64,000 nt of DNA from the NCBI GenBank assembly GCA_944387625.1, contig CALXFQ010000001.1, forward strand, positions 5,605-69,604, written 5' to 3'. A model generated the notes under the pieces. It was not told where the DNA came from. It worked only from the letters and a program-made list of their open reading frames with translations, and searched no databases. Shown here piece after piece: positions 8,622-17,547 of the stretch. Numbering within the stretch: position 1 is the first letter of the stretch; each line of letters opens with the position of its first letter. The stretch comes from an uncultured Oscillospiraceae bacterium. GTDB lineage: Bacteria; Bacillota; Clostridia; Oscillospirales; Oscillospiraceae. Position numbers and translations under genes: made by a program.

Positions 8622-10919
8622 GTGATGGTCGTGCAGCCAAAAATGTGCGCGAAGTGTAAAAAGAATATCGCCGTGGTCTTCATCACCCGGATGGAGAACG
8701 GCGCCACCCTCAACGAGGGCTATTGCCTCAAATGCGCCCGGAGCCTGGGGATCCCTCAGATCGATCAGGCGGTCCGGCAGATGGGGATGTCCGAGGAGGA
8801 CCTGGACCTGCTCAGCGATGAGATGAGCTCCATGTTCGGCCAGCGGGACCAGGGAGAAGGGGAGGACGATGAGGCGGAGAGCCGCACCGCCACCTTCCCC
8901 CTGCTCAACCAGCTTTTCGGTTCCAGCGCGGACCTTCCGGCCAAGCAGCCTGCCCAGCCCCGTCAGGACCCTTCGGAGGGGGAGGGGACCAAGAAAAAGA
9001 AGAACAAGAAGCACAAGTTCCTGGACAGCTACTGCATGGACCTGACCGGCCGGGCCAGGGAAGGGAAGCTGGACAAGGTGATCGGCCGGGACGTGGAGAC
9101 CGAGCGGGTGATCCAGATCCTGAACCGCCGGCAGAAGAACAACCCCTGCCTGATCGGAGAACCGGGCGTGGGCAAGACCGCCATCGCCGAGGGCCTGGCC
9201 CAGCGGATCGTGGCCGGGGACGTGCCTTACAAGCTCCGGGACAAGGAGGTGTTCCTCCTGGACCTGACCGCCCTGGTGGCAGGCACCCAGTTCCGGGGCC
9301 AGTTCGAGAGCCGGATGAAGAGCCTGATCGCCGAAGTCAAGGAGTGCGGCAACATCATCCTGGTGATCGACGAGGTCCACAACCTGGTAGGCGCCGGGGA
9401 CGCGGAGGGTTCCATGAACGCCGCCAACATCCTCAAGCCCGCCCTGTCCCGGGGGGAGATCCAGGTGATCGGCGCCACCACCTTCAACGAATACCGCAAG
9501 CATATCGAGAAGGACGCGGCCCTGGAGCGCCGGTTCCAGCCGGTGACGGTGGCGGAGCCTTCGATCCAGGAGGCCACCCAGATCATGATGGGGGTGGCCA
9601 GGGCCTACTCCCAGTTCCACAACGTGGAGGTCTCCCCGGAGATCGCACGGCAGTGCGTGGTCCTGTCTGAGCGGTATATCACCGACCGTTTCCTGCCGGA
9701 CAAGGCGATCGACCTGCTGGACGAGGCCTGCTCCGACGTGAACCTGCGGTGCAAGGAGCTGTCCCAGATCGCCGAGCTGAAAAAGGAGCGGGACGACTAC
9801 GAGCTGGAGCTGAAGATGCTCACCGATGATGTGGAGAACGAGAACTTCGAGCGGCTGGCCATGGTCCGCAGCAAGCTGCTGCAGCTGGCAAACAGGATCG
9901 AGGAGCTGGAGAAGCTGCCCAAGCCCCAGGTGACCATCGAGGACCTGGCCCGGATCATCGAGATGTGGACCAAGATCCCTGCCTCCAAGATCAAGGCCCA
10001 GGAATACGAGCAGATCAAGGGCCTGGCGGACCGGCTGAAAAAGCACATCGTCGGCCAGGACCAGGCGGTGGACGCGGTGGCCCGGGCCATCCGCCGGAAC
10101 CGGGTGGGGATCAGCCCCAAGAAAAAGCCGGTGTCCTTCATCTTCGTCGGTCCCACCGGCGTGGGCAAGACGGAGCTGGTCAAGCAGCTGGCGGACGACC
10201 TGTTCGACTCGGTGGACGCCCTGATCCGGCTGGATATGTCGGAATATATGGAAAAGCACACCGTGTCCAAGCTGATCGGATCGCCTCCCGGGTATGTGGG
10301 CTATGACGAGGCGGGCCAGCTCACGGAGAAGATCCGCCGCAAGCCCTATTCCGTGATCCTCTTCGACGAGATCGAGAAGGCCCACCCGGACGTGCTGAAC
10401 ATCCTTCTGCAGGTCCTTGATGACGGCCGGATCACCGACGCCCAGGGCCGGGTGGTGAATTTCGAGAACACGATCATCGTCATGACCTCCAACGCCGGGT
10501 CCGAGGGCCGGGTGGGGAGCTTCGGCTTCGGCCGGACGGACCAGGACCAGACCCGGGAGAAGACCATGGCGGCCCTGCGGGAGTTCCTGCGGCCGGAGTT
10601 TCTCAACCGGGTGGATGAGATCATCACCTTTGACCACCTGACCGAGGAGCATTTCCTGGGCATCGCGGACATCATGCTCTCCGAGCTGACCGACAGCCTG
10701 AACGCCCGGGGCCTGACCCTGACCTGGGACGAGGGGCTGAAGCCCTTCCTGGTGGAGAAGGCTTACTCCACCCTCTACGGCGCACGAAACCTGCGCCGGA
10801 CCATCCAGCGGGAGCTGGAGGACCCGATCAGCGAAGTGATCATCGACAGCTTTGAGGCCCCCATCTCCTCGATCCACATCCGGATCGAAGAGGGCGCGGT
10901 GAAGCTGGACGTAAAATAA
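8622..10919 (+). CDS. ClpE-like AAA+ Clp ATPase (N-terminal zinc ribbon, two nucleotide-binding domains, short middle domain)
   Basis: The N-terminus has CAKCKK...CLKC. Walker A motifs are GEPGVGKTA and [10 protein letters not shown] coiled-coil linker of about 60 aa separates the two NBDs. The exact start is uncertain: GTG 8622, ATG 8625 and GTG 8631 are all in frame. Confidence 0.8.
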   Translation: MMVVQPKMCAKCKKNIAVVFITRMENGATLNEGYCLKCARSLGIPQIDQAVRQMGMSEEDLDLLSDEMSSMFGQRDQGEGEDDEAESRTATFPLLNQLFGSSADLPAKQPAQPRQDPSEGEGTKKKKNKKHKFLDSYCMDLTGRAREGKLDKVIGRDVETERVIQILNRRQKNNPCLIGEPGVGKTAIAEGLAQRIVAGDVPYKLRDKEVFLLDLTALVAGTQFRGQFESRMKSLIAEVKECGNIILVIDEVHNLVGAGDAEGSMNAANILKPALSRGEIQVIGATTFNEYRKHIEKDAALERRFQPVTVAEPSIQEATQIMMGVARAYSQFHNVEVSPEIARQCVVLSERYITDRFLPDKAIDLLDEACSDVNLRCKELSQIAELKKERDDYELELKMLTDDVENENFERLAMVRSKLLQLANRIEELEKLPKPQVTIEDLARIIEMWTKIPASKIKAQEYEQIKGLADRLKKHIVGQDQAVDAVARAIRRNRVGISPKKKPVSFIFVGPTGVGKTELVKQLADDLFDSVDALIRLDMSEYMEKHTVSKLIGSPPGYVGYDEAGQLTEKIRRKPYSVILFDEIEKAHPDVLNILLQVLDDGRITDAQGRVVNFENTIIVMTSNAGSEGRVGSFGFGRTDQDQTREKTMAALREFLRPEFLNRVDEIITFDHLTEEHFLGIADIMLSELTDSLNARGLTLTWDEGLKPFLVEKAYSTLYGARNLRRTIQRELEDPISEVIIDSFEAPISSIHIRIEEGAVKLDVK

Positions 10920-10925
10920 AAAGGG

Positions 10926-10961
10926 ATGACCCTTCCGGGAGCGCCGGAAGGGTCATTTTTA
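10926..10961. terminator. bidirectional intrinsic terminator between the convergent clp gene and spoIVA
   Basis: A 13-bp stem ATGACCCTTCCGG-gagcg-CCGGAAGGGTCAT has T-runs on both sides. Confidence 0.75.
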
Positions 10962-12422
10962 TACGATCAGGCAGATCAGGCCGTTGGCCCCTTCGTTGAC
11001 GATCCGGGTCAGGGTCCCCCGGAACTTGGAGCGGACCTCCTCCGGGGTCCCGGCCAGCTTGGCGGTGAGCCCCTCCTGGATCAGGTCCAGTACGGACCGG
11101 CCGAAGATGTTGCTCTGCCACAGCTCCTCCCGGGAGCCCTGGTTCAGACGGTCCAGCAGATCCTGGGACTGCTTCTCGTCGCCTACGATCGGGGAGATCT
11201 GGGTGCCGATGTCCACCCGGATCATGTGGATCGAGGGCGCGCCAGCTTTCAGCCGGACCCCGAAGGAGCTGCCCTTCCGCAAAAGCTGCGGGTCTTCCAG
11301 GGTCATCTCTTCGGCGGTGGGCATGACCACCCCGTAGCCCGTGGCCTTCACCGCGGACAGGGCGTCGGCGATCTTGTCATGCTCCTGCTTGATCTGGGAG
11401 AGCCGGGTGAGCAGACCGATCAGCTGGGCGTCGTTCTCCACCGCCACCCCGGCTTTGGCGCTGAGGATCTGGTAGAACAGCGTTTCCGGCAGGGTCATGG
11501 ACAGGCTCACCGTGCCGGTGGCCAGGTCCACGGACCGCACCGAAGCGTCCACCACCTGGTCCAGATCGCCCAGGGGGGCCAGGGCCGCCTCCGCCTGGCC
11601 CAGGGTGCGGATCTGGGAAGCCTGGCGGATCAGCGCCTGACAGATCCCTGCTTTCACCGGGTGGTCCTGCTCCAGGGCGTCCAGCCACCGGGGCAGATAT
11701 ACCCGAAGCTCCTCCAGGGGGAAGGACTGGAGCAGCGCCCCCAGGAGCCGGGCGATCCCGCCCTCGTCCAGGGCCTGGCAGTCGGCGATGGCCGCGTCCA
11801 CCCCGTAGCGCTCCCGCAGCTGGCCCTGGAGCGCCGCGGCTGCCGGGCCGGTGGGGGCGCTGGTGTTGATCACCACCAGGAAGGGCTTGCCGGTGGCCTT
11901 CATGTCCTGGATGGCCCGGGCTTCCGCGTCGGCGTAGTCCTCCCGGGGGATGTCGGTGATCGTGCCGTCGGTGGTCACCACCATGCCGATGGAGCAGTGC
12001 TCCTCCATCACCTTTTTGGTGCCCAGCTCCGCCGCCTGGGTCATGGGGATCTCGTGGTCGAACCAGGGTGTGGTGACCATCCGGGGCTGTCCGTTCTCGT
12101 CCGCCCCGGTGGCCCCTTCCACCATGTAGCCCACCGAATCGATCATCCGCACCCGGAGGGTGGTGGTGCCGTCGGGGCAGATCTCCACCGCCTCCTCCGG
12201 CACGAATTTTGGCTCGGAGGTCATGATCGTCCTGCCCGATCCGCTTTGGGGCAGCTCATCCCTGGCCCGCTCCTTTCGGTAAGGCTCGTCGATGTTGGGG
12301 ATCACCAGCGTTTCCATGAATCGCTTGATCAGGGTGGATTTGCCGGTGCGTACCGGCCCGACCACGCCGATATAGATATTGCCGCCGGTCCGGGCGGCAA
12401 TATCGTGATAGATGTTTTCCAT
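10959..12422 (-). CDS. spoIVA: stage IV sporulation protein A (spore-coat morphogenetic ATPase)
   Basis: The protein reads MENIYHDIAARTGGNIYIGVVGPVRTGKSTLIKRFME... with a Walker A motif, and is 487 aa long. The real start is ATG at 12422 with an AAGGAGG RBS. The 119 upstream codons in the track ORF are spurious. Confidence 0.9.
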   Translation of the reverse strand: MENIYHDIAARTGGNIYIGVVGPVRTGKSTLIKRFMETLVIPNIDEPYRKERARDELPQSGSGRTIMTSEPKFVPEEAVEICPDGTTTLRVRMIDSVGYMVEGATGADENGQPRMVTTPWFDHEIPMTQAAELGTKKVMEEHCSIGMVVTTDGTITDIPREDYADAEARAIQDMKATGKPFLVVINTSAPTGPAAAALQGQLRERYGVDAAIADCQALDEGGIARLLGALLQSFPLEELRVYLPRWLDALEQDHPVKAGICQALIRQASQIRTLGQAEAALAPLGDLDQVVDASVRSVDLATGTVSLSMTLPETLFYQILSAKAGVAVENDAQLIGLLTRLSQIKQEHDKIADALSAVKATGYGVVMPTAEEMTLEDPQLLRKGSSFGVRLKAGAPSIHMIRVDIGTQISPIVGDEKQSQDLLDRLNQGSREELWQSNIFGRSVLDLIQEGLTAKLAGTPEEVRSKFRGTLTRIVNEGANGLICLIV

Positions 12423-12475
12423 AGCCAGCCTCCTTATCCTTGCAGGAGGGGAAAGCTCCTGCCACGGTCTACCAC

Positions 12476-12505
12476 AGGGTATGTCCAAGGCAGAAGGAAT
12501 AGAAC
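12476..12505 (-). promoter_or_regulatory. candidate sigma-E-type forespore-independent sporulation promoter for spoIVA
   Basis: The minus strand reads GTTCTATT-N14-CATACCCT. This resembles the Bacillus sigma-E consensus as I remember it (ATATT-N14-CATACAnT). The call rests on a motif match only. Confidence 0.3.
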
Positions 12506-12532
12506 GGCCGCCGGAGGCATCTCCGGCGGCCG
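12505..12532. repeat. 28-nt GC-rich palindrome, copy 1 (CGGCCGCCGGAGGCATCTCCGGCGGCCG)
   Basis: It is identical to the copy at 12855-12882, with a 12-bp stem and a GCAT loop. On the minus strand it is followed by the U-rich GUUCUAUUCCUUCU, so it is a possible terminator or insulator. Confidence 0.8.
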
Positions 12533-12582
12533 TAGGATGTGGAAAGACCCATTCGGGGCTTTTTGCCAAGCCCCAACATTTT

Positions 12583-12648
12583 GCCCACCCACTTGCCTCC
12601 CCCCTTTGGGGGAGGTGGCAGGCCGAACGGCCTGACGGAGAGGGTGGA
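12583..12648 (-). repeat. REP-like unit A (inverted orientation)
   Basis: The reverse complement reads CCACCCTCTCCGTCA-hairpin-TGCCACCTCCCCCAAAGGGGGGAGGCAAGTGGGTGGGC. It shares motif order with unit B. Confidence 0.6.
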
Positions 12649-12689
12649 TGCGTTTCGTTTTTGTGAAGAGTTGGATATATGCGGAAGGT

Positions 12690-12839
12690 CGCTACCCTCT
12701 CAGTCACAGGGCTTTCAGCCCTGTGCCAGCGCGCTGCGGCGCGCCCGGTCGCGGCTCTGACGGTCCACTGGACCGTCATTCACTACCGCAACTTCGCTTC
12801 GCTCACCCCCAAAGGGAGAGCCAAGAGCGTTGGGTGGAC
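12690..12839 (+). repeat. REP-like unit B, with an insert of about 70 nt that carries two extra perfect hairpins
   Basis: It reads CTACCCTCTCAGTCA-hairpin(12705-12725)-TGCCAGC-hairpins 12729-12744 and 12759-12777-GCTCACCCCCAAAGGGAGAGCCAAGAGCGTTGGGTGGAC. Confidence 0.6.
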
Positions 12840-12854
12840 TTTTTTGACGCTTTG

Positions 12855-12882
12855 CGGCCGCCGGAGGCATCTCCGGCGGCCG
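12855..12882. repeat. 28-nt GC-rich palindrome, copy 2
   Basis: It is identical to copy 1 and in the same orientation. It lies 5 nt downstream of the permease stop codon and has no U-tract on the minus strand. Confidence 0.8.
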
Positions 12883-12887
12883 GTGTG

Positions 12888-14477
12888 TCAAAGGCTATCC
12901 CATTTTCTTACGCCCCAGGTGGTGAGCGCCCGCCAGGCGGCCAGGCACAGGCCTCCCACCACCAGTCCGCCCAGCGCCAGGAACGCGCTGACGGAGAGGA
13001 CCTGGCGCAACGGGGTGAGGGCGTACACAAGGCCCAGACCCAGGGGCAGGTACATCATGGTGAGCATGGTCACCAGCACGGACACGGACTGCTTGCAGGG
13101 GTAGGCGTCGCTGAGGTAGTCGAACCTGGCCCATTTCAGCCCGCAGATCAGGCCCAGAAGGCCGCACAGCACCGCCAGCAGTCCGGGGACCAGGACGCAC
13201 AGCAGGATATCGAAGACCTTACAGCCGTAAGCGGTGGACAGCACCGCCCCCGCCACCATCAGCACCGGCGCGGAGAGCAGGCAGTGGAAGGCCAGCTTCC
13301 CCAGCAGGATGTCCCGGCTGGAGATGGGCATGGACTTGACGATCCACAGATTTTTCCCTTCCAGGGACACGGAGGGGGTGGAGATGCACATGGTGGACGA
13401 CAGGAAGGCCAGCAGTCCGCACACGATCAGGCCCACCCAGTTCTCCAGCAGCACGGAGATCTCCAGCAGCTTTCCCCGGAAGATCAGGCCCGCCACGGTC
13501 AGGGCCACCGTCAGCACGATCCCCAGGCCCATATTGGTCAGGTACACCGGGCAGCCCAGGAACTTGCGCCACTCCTTTAAGACGATCGCCCCTCTGGGGC
13601 TGTGGACCCGGGCCGGCATTTGGGCGGCGGCTCTGCGGCGCTTGCGCCGGGAGCCGGACAGGGTGGTGGACAGGAAGGTCGCCGACAGCAGGGCGTACAC
13701 CCCGGCGAAGACCACGACGGCAATGCCGATCGTCGCCAGCATATAGGGCCACGCGCCTACACATCCCTGGCCCAAAGCGTACAGCGGCCACACCCAGGTG
13801 CGGAAGGTCCCGGCCAGGGCGTCCCCCTGGGCAGCCAGGGCGCTTAAAAGCTCCGAAGACTGAGAATAGCCCCAGAAGTAGACCCCCAAAAACACCACCA
13901 AATACAGCATGGAGGCTACGGACTTGTTGAGCTTTTTCAGCAGCAGGTGCAGCGGCCAGCCCAGCAGGCAGGCAAGCCCCTGGCTCAGCAGGATGACGCA
14001 CACCAGCCCCAGGATCTGCAAAACGATCGACAAAGGGGAGAGGGCCACCTTCCAAGCGTAGACCACCATGGCAGGGATGAACAGGGCCCCGGCGTACAGG
14101 GTAGTCAGCAGCAGCAAAGGGAGCATCCGGCTGAGCAGGATCTGCCGGGGCGGGATGGGCATGGACAGCAGCAGGTCGTTGTCCTTGGCGTCGTAGAGCT
14201 GGCTCTGGGTGGTGAACACGCTGCCGATCAGGGAGAAGGCCAGGGCCATCAGCCCGGCCAGGGCGAAATACAGCCAATCCAGCCCCAGGGCGGAATAGAC
14301 CGGGGCAAGCCCTGAGAACATGAACCCAACAGCCCCGCAGAGCACCACACCAAGATAGAGGAACAAAAAGGCGTACAGCACGATCGTCCCCTTGCCGGAG
14401 GACTTTTTCCGCCGGGCCTGGGCGGTGATCCCGGCCAGCAGGCCGCGGAACCGCACATATAATAATGCTTTGATCAT
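12888..14477 (-). CDS. ABC exporter permease (multi-TM, putative-ABC-exporter family, YthQ-like)
   Basis: This 529-aa protein has many TM helices. The real start MIKALLYVRF is at 14477 and forms an ATGA overlap with the ATPase stop. The upstream 38 codons in the track ORF are spurious. Confidence 0.7.
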   Translation of the reverse strand: MIKALLYVRFRGLLAGITAQARRKKSSGKGTIVLYAFLFLYLGVVLCGAVGFMFSGLAPVYSALGLDWLYFALAGLMALAFSLIGSVFTTQSQLYDAKDNDLLLSMPIPPRQILLSRMLPLLLLTTLYAGALFIPAMVVYAWKVALSPLSIVLQILGLVCVILLSQGLACLLGWPLHLLLKKLNKSVASMLYLVVFLGVYFWGYSQSSELLSALAAQGDALAGTFRTWVWPLYALGQGCVGAWPYMLATIGIAVVVFAGVYALLSATFLSTTLSGSRRKRRRAAAQMPARVHSPRGAIVLKEWRKFLGCPVYLTNMGLGIVLTVALTVAGLIFRGKLLEISVLLENWVGLIVCGLLAFLSSTMCISTPSVSLEGKNLWIVKSMPISSRDILLGKLAFHCLLSAPVLMVAGAVLSTAYGCKVFDILLCVLVPGLLAVLCGLLGLICGLKWARFDYLSDAYPCKQSVSVLVTMLTMMYLPLGLGLVYALTPLRQVLSVSAFLALGGLVVGGLCLAAWRALTTWGVRKWDSL

Positions 14478-15184
14478 CGTGTTCCCTCCAGCTCCAGGAA
14501 GACCTGCTCCAGGGAGGACTGGCCCCGGACCTGGTCGATCGGCCCGCTGGCCACCAGGCGGCCGTTTTTGATGATCGCCACCTTGTGGCACAGCTTCTCC
14601 GCCACCTCCAGCACATGGGTGGAGAACAAGATCGCGCCGCCCTCTTCACAATGCTGGCGCATGGCGTTTTTCAGCTGGTGGGAGGCCACCGGGTCCAGGC
14701 CCACGAACGGCTCATCCATCAAGATCAGCTTGGGGCTGTGGACCAGAGCGGCGATCAGGGCGATCTTCTGCTTCATGCCGTGGGAGCAGTCGCTCACCGG
14801 CAGGGCAAGGTCGTCGGTCATCCCCAGCAGCTCGCCGTAATGGGCGATCTTCGCCTGCCGGTCCGCTGCCGGGACACCGTAGATGTCCGCTACGAAGGCC
14901 AGATACTGCTGTCCCGTAAGGAAATCGTACAGATCCGGGTTGTCCGGCAGGTAGGCCAGGTCCCGTTTGCAGCCAAGGGGGTCCGTGCGGATGGACCGGC
15001 CGTTGATAAAGATCTCTCCCTTGTCAAAGGGCAAGATCCCACAGCAGGATCGGAGGGTGGTGGTCTTCCCGGCGCCGTTGTGGCCGATGAAGCCGCAGAT
15101 CTCCCCCGGGGCGATGTGCAGGGACAGATCGTCCACCGCTACTTTCTCTCCGTAGGTCTTGGTCAGATGTTGGATCTTCAGCAT
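14474..15184 (-). CDS. ABC transporter ATP-binding protein
   Basis: It carries Walker A GHNGAGKTT, the signature-like motif SHGMKQKIALI and Walker B LILMDEPF. Confidence 0.85.
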   Translation of the reverse strand: MLKIQHLTKTYGEKVAVDDLSLHIAPGEICGFIGHNGAGKTTTLRSCCGILPFDKGEIFINGRSIRTDPLGCKRDLAYLPDNPDLYDFLTGQQYLAFVADIYGVPAADRQAKIAHYGELLGMTDDLALPVSDCSHGMKQKIALIAALVHSPKLILMDEPFVGLDPVASHQLKNAMRQHCEEGGAILFSTHVLEVAEKLCHKVAIIKNGRLVASGPIDQVRGQSSLEQVFLELEGTR

Positions 15185-15219
15185 GGCAGAACGCCTCCTT
15201 ATTTTTGCTTTTCTGGCTC

Positions 15220-15248
15220 ATCATATCACACCCGGGGACCTATTGCAA
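15220..15248 (-). promoter_or_regulatory. sigma-A type promoter, TTGCAA-17-TATGAT, for the ABC operon
   Basis: On the minus strand the hexamers are at 15248-15243 and 15225-15220, with a 17-nt spacer. Confidence 0.5.
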
Positions 15249-15296
15249 CCACTTCCGAAAATCGTGGGCAGGCCGGGAAATGTCCAAAAATAATGT

Positions 15297-15325
15297 TTGA
15301 CAAATGGTAAAAAGGAATGTATAAT
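15297..15325 (+). promoter_or_regulatory. sigma-A consensus promoter, TTGACA-17-TATAAT, for yceD-rpmF
   Basis: Both hexamers are perfect (15297-15302 and 15320-15325). Confidence 0.7.
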
Positions 15326-15355
15326 GTCTGAGCATGACCGCGGGGAGGGTACCAT

Positions 15356-15856
15356 ATGCTGCTGGGATTATCTAAGATCATCGATGCGCCCGGTGAAAGT
15401 GTGGACTTCCGCGCTAGCGTCGATCTGAGCGACCTTCAATACGGCAAGAGCTATCCGGTGTGTGAACCGGTGATCGCCCAAGGCACCGTCCGCAATACGG
15501 CGGGGGTGCTGGTGATGACCGGCACGGTGAGCACCACCATCCACGGCACCTGTGACCGGTGCGCCGCTGATCTTCAGCGGGATGTGGAGCTGCCCCTGGA
15601 CGTGGTGCTGGTGACGGAGCTGGCCAATGAGGAGAACGAGGATGAGTGGGTGTTCCCACTGGTGGGAGAAAGCGCCGACCTGGAGGACATCGTTCGGACG
15701 GTCTTCGTGCTGAACATGGGCTCCAAGCTCCTGTGCAGGGAAGACTGCAAGGGGCTGTGCTGCCGGTGCGGCAAGGACCTGAACCAAGGCCCCTGCGGCT
15801 GCCAGAAGGAACCAGACCCCCGATTTGCTGCTTTGAAGCAGCTTCTTGAGAAGTAA
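15356..15856 (+). CDS. yceD: YceD/DUF177 family ribosome-assembly-associated protein
   Basis: The C-terminal motif CREDCKGLCCRCGKDLNQGPCGC is present. The gene sits immediately upstream of rpmF, as in most bacteria. Confidence 0.85.
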   Translation: MLLGLSKIIDAPGESVDFRASVDLSDLQYGKSYPVCEPVIAQGTVRNTAGVLVMTGTVSTTIHGTCDRCAADLQRDVELPLDVVLVTELANEENEDEWVFPLVGESADLEDIVRTVFVLNMGSKLLCREDCKGLCCRCGKDLNQGPCGCQKEPDPRFAALKQLLEK

Positions 15857-15905
15857 GACCATAATGAATGCTGTTTAAAAGCAGTTCGACCAAGGAGGTG
15901 TCACC

Positions 15906-16091
15906 ATGGCTGTCCCTAAGTGTAAAGTGTCCAAGGCCCGCCGCGATAAGCGCCGTGGCTCCAACTGGAAGCTGTCCGCTCCCAGCGTGGCTGTTTGCCC
16001 CAAGTGCGGTGAGCCCGTCATGCCCCACAGAGCTTGCAAGGCTTGCGGCTCCTACAATGGCCGTCAGGTCCTGGCCGCCAAGGCTGACTAA
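15906..16091 (+). CDS. rpmF: 50S ribosomal protein L32
   Basis: The protein starts [17 protein letters not shown] and has the zinc ribbon [18 protein letters not shown]. Confidence 0.95.
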   Translation: MAVPKCKVSKARRDKRRGSNWKLSAPSVAVCPKCGEPVMPHRACKACGSYNGRQVLAAKAD

Positions 16092-16104
16092 GGCAGGAAA
16101 CCAG

Positions 16105-16136
16105 AGAGGAAGGCAAAGCGCCTTCCTCTTTTTCCG
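16105..16136 (+). terminator. intrinsic terminator
   Basis: The hairpin AGAGGAAGGC-aaagc-GCCTTCCTCT is followed by TTTTT. Confidence 0.8.
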
Positions 16137-16155
16137 TTTTTCTCACCGGGGACCG

Positions 16156-16184
16156 TTGCTTTTTATGCCCCGGTATGCGATAAT
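16156..16184 (+). promoter_or_regulatory. sigma-A type promoter, TTGCTT-17-GATAAT, for der
   Basis: The hexamers are at 16156-16161 and 16179-16184. Confidence 0.5.
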
Positions 16185-16213
16185 AAAAGCGTTGTACGAA
16201 AGGAAGTGAGAAC

Positions 16214-17545
16214 ATGGCTAAGCCTTTGGTGGCCATCGTGGGCCGCCCCAATGTAGGAAAGTCCATGCTGTTCAATAAGCTCACCGGCCATCGCACCTCC
16301 ATCGTGGAGGATACCCCCGGCGTCACCCGGGACCGGATCTACGGCGACTGCGAGTGGTGCGGCCGGTCCTTTTCCCTGGTGGATACCGGCGGCATCGAGC
16401 CGGGGACCCAGAACGATATGCTCAAATTCATGCGCCGCCAGGCCCAGATCGGCATCGAGCTGGCGGACGCGATCATTATGGTGGTGGATGTCCGCTCCGG
16501 CGTCACCGCCGCGGACCAGGACGTGGCCGCCATGCTCCGCAAGGCCCGCAAGCCGGTGGCCCTGGCGGTGAACAAGTGCGACTCCATCGGCGCTACCGAC
16601 CCCAATGTATTCGAGTTCTACAGCCTGGGGATCGGGGACCTGTTCGAGACCTCCGCCGTCCACGGCCACGGTACCGGCGACCTGCTGGACTGGGTGCTGG
16701 CCAACATCCCCCAGGAGCAGGACGACGGCGAGGAGGAGGGCTTGATCAGCGTGGCGATCGTGGGCAAGCCCAATGTGGGCAAGTCCAGCCTGCTGAACCA
16801 GATCCTGGGGGAGGAGCGGGTGATCGTGTCCGATGTGGCCGGTACCACCCGGGATGCCATCGACTCCTATTTTGAAAATGATACCGGGAAGTACCGTCTG
16901 GTGGATACCGCCGGTATGCGCCGCAAGAGCAAGGTGGACGATCTGATCGAAAAATACTCCAACCTGCGGACCATCTCCGCCATCGAGCGGTCCGATGTGT
17001 GCCTGATCCTGATCGACGCCAATGAGGGCGTCACCGAGCAGGACACTAAGATCGCCGGACTGGTCCACGAGGCGGGGAAGGCCGCGATCATCGTGGTGAA
17101 CAAGTGGGACGCGGTGGCGGACAAGCAGACCAACACCATGCGGGACATGGAACAGCAGATCCGCCAGGGGCTGAGCTATATGCTCTATGCCCCGGTGCTC
17201 TTCCTGTCCGCCCTCACCGGCGCCCGGGTGGAGAAGCTCTTCCCCACGATCCGGGAGGTGTACGAGCAGAACACCAGCCGGATCACCACCGGCGCGCTGA
17301 ACACGATCCTGGCGGAGGCCACCGCCCGGGTCCAGCCGCCTACGGATAAGGGCCGCCGGCTGAAGATCTACTACATGACCCAGGTAGGGACCAAGCCCCC
17401 TCATTTCGTGATCTTCTGCAACGATGCCCGGCTGTTCCACTTCTCTTACCAGCGATATCTGGAGAACCAGATCCGGGAGGTCTTCGGCCTGAAGGGGACC
17501 CCGATCCGGATCACCATCCGTCAGAAGGGCGACAAGGAGGAATAA
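16214..17545 (+). CDS. der: ribosome-biogenesis GTPase Der (EngA)
   Basis: It has tandem GTPase domains with G1 motifs GRPNVGKS and GKPNVGKS, plus a KH-like C-terminus. Confidence 0.95.
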   Translation: MAKPLVAIVGRPNVGKSMLFNKLTGHRTSIVEDTPGVTRDRIYGDCEWCGRSFSLVDTGGIEPGTQNDMLKFMRRQAQIGIELADAIIMVVDVRSGVTAADQDVAAMLRKARKPVALAVNKCDSIGATDPNVFEFYSLGIGDLFETSAVHGHGTGDLLDWVLANIPQEQDDGEEEGLISVAIVGKPNVGKSSLLNQILGEERVIVSDVAGTTRDAIDSYFENDTGKYRLVDTAGMRRKSKVDDLIEKYSNLRTISAIERSDVCLILIDANEGVTEQDTKIAGLVHEAGKAAIIVVNKWDAVADKQTNTMRDMEQQIRQGLSYMLYAPVLFLSALTGARVEKLFPTIREVYEQNTSRITTGALNTILAEATARVQPPTDKGRRLKIYYMTQVGTKPPHFVIFCNDARLFHFSYQRYLENQIREVFGLKGTPIRITIRQKGDKEE

Positions 17546-17547
17546 AT

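Noticed and set aside
12539-12760. Small ORFs inside the repeat mosaic: the 73-aa and 84-aa plus-strand ORFs, and the start of the 310-aa ORF at 12648.
   Set aside because: They have no RBS. Their translations are Pro/Gly/Arg-rich read-throughs of hairpin arms, and the 310-aa ORF continues antisense into the ABC permease gene.
12423-12779. The 119-codon N-terminal extension of the spoIVA ORF in the track. Analogous upstream extensions occur for gpsA, ftsY, murB, whiA, pgsA, the DUF4830 gene, the PucR gene, both overlapping kinases, the ABC permease and the ParB-like gene (whose ORF extends to 62845).
   Set aside because: In every case an internal ATG or GTG with a good Shine-Dalgarno sequence, or a 4-nt ATGA/GTGA overlap with the upstream gene, begins the recognisable protein. 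The extra residues are Arg/Pro/Gly-rich nonsense that overlaps neighbouring genes or intergenic repeats.
12505-12882. The possibility that the identical 28-nt palindromes are a CRISPR array.
   Set aside because: There are only two copies, 350 bp apart. The interior is made of further palindromic units rather than unique spacers, and no cas genes are present in the window.
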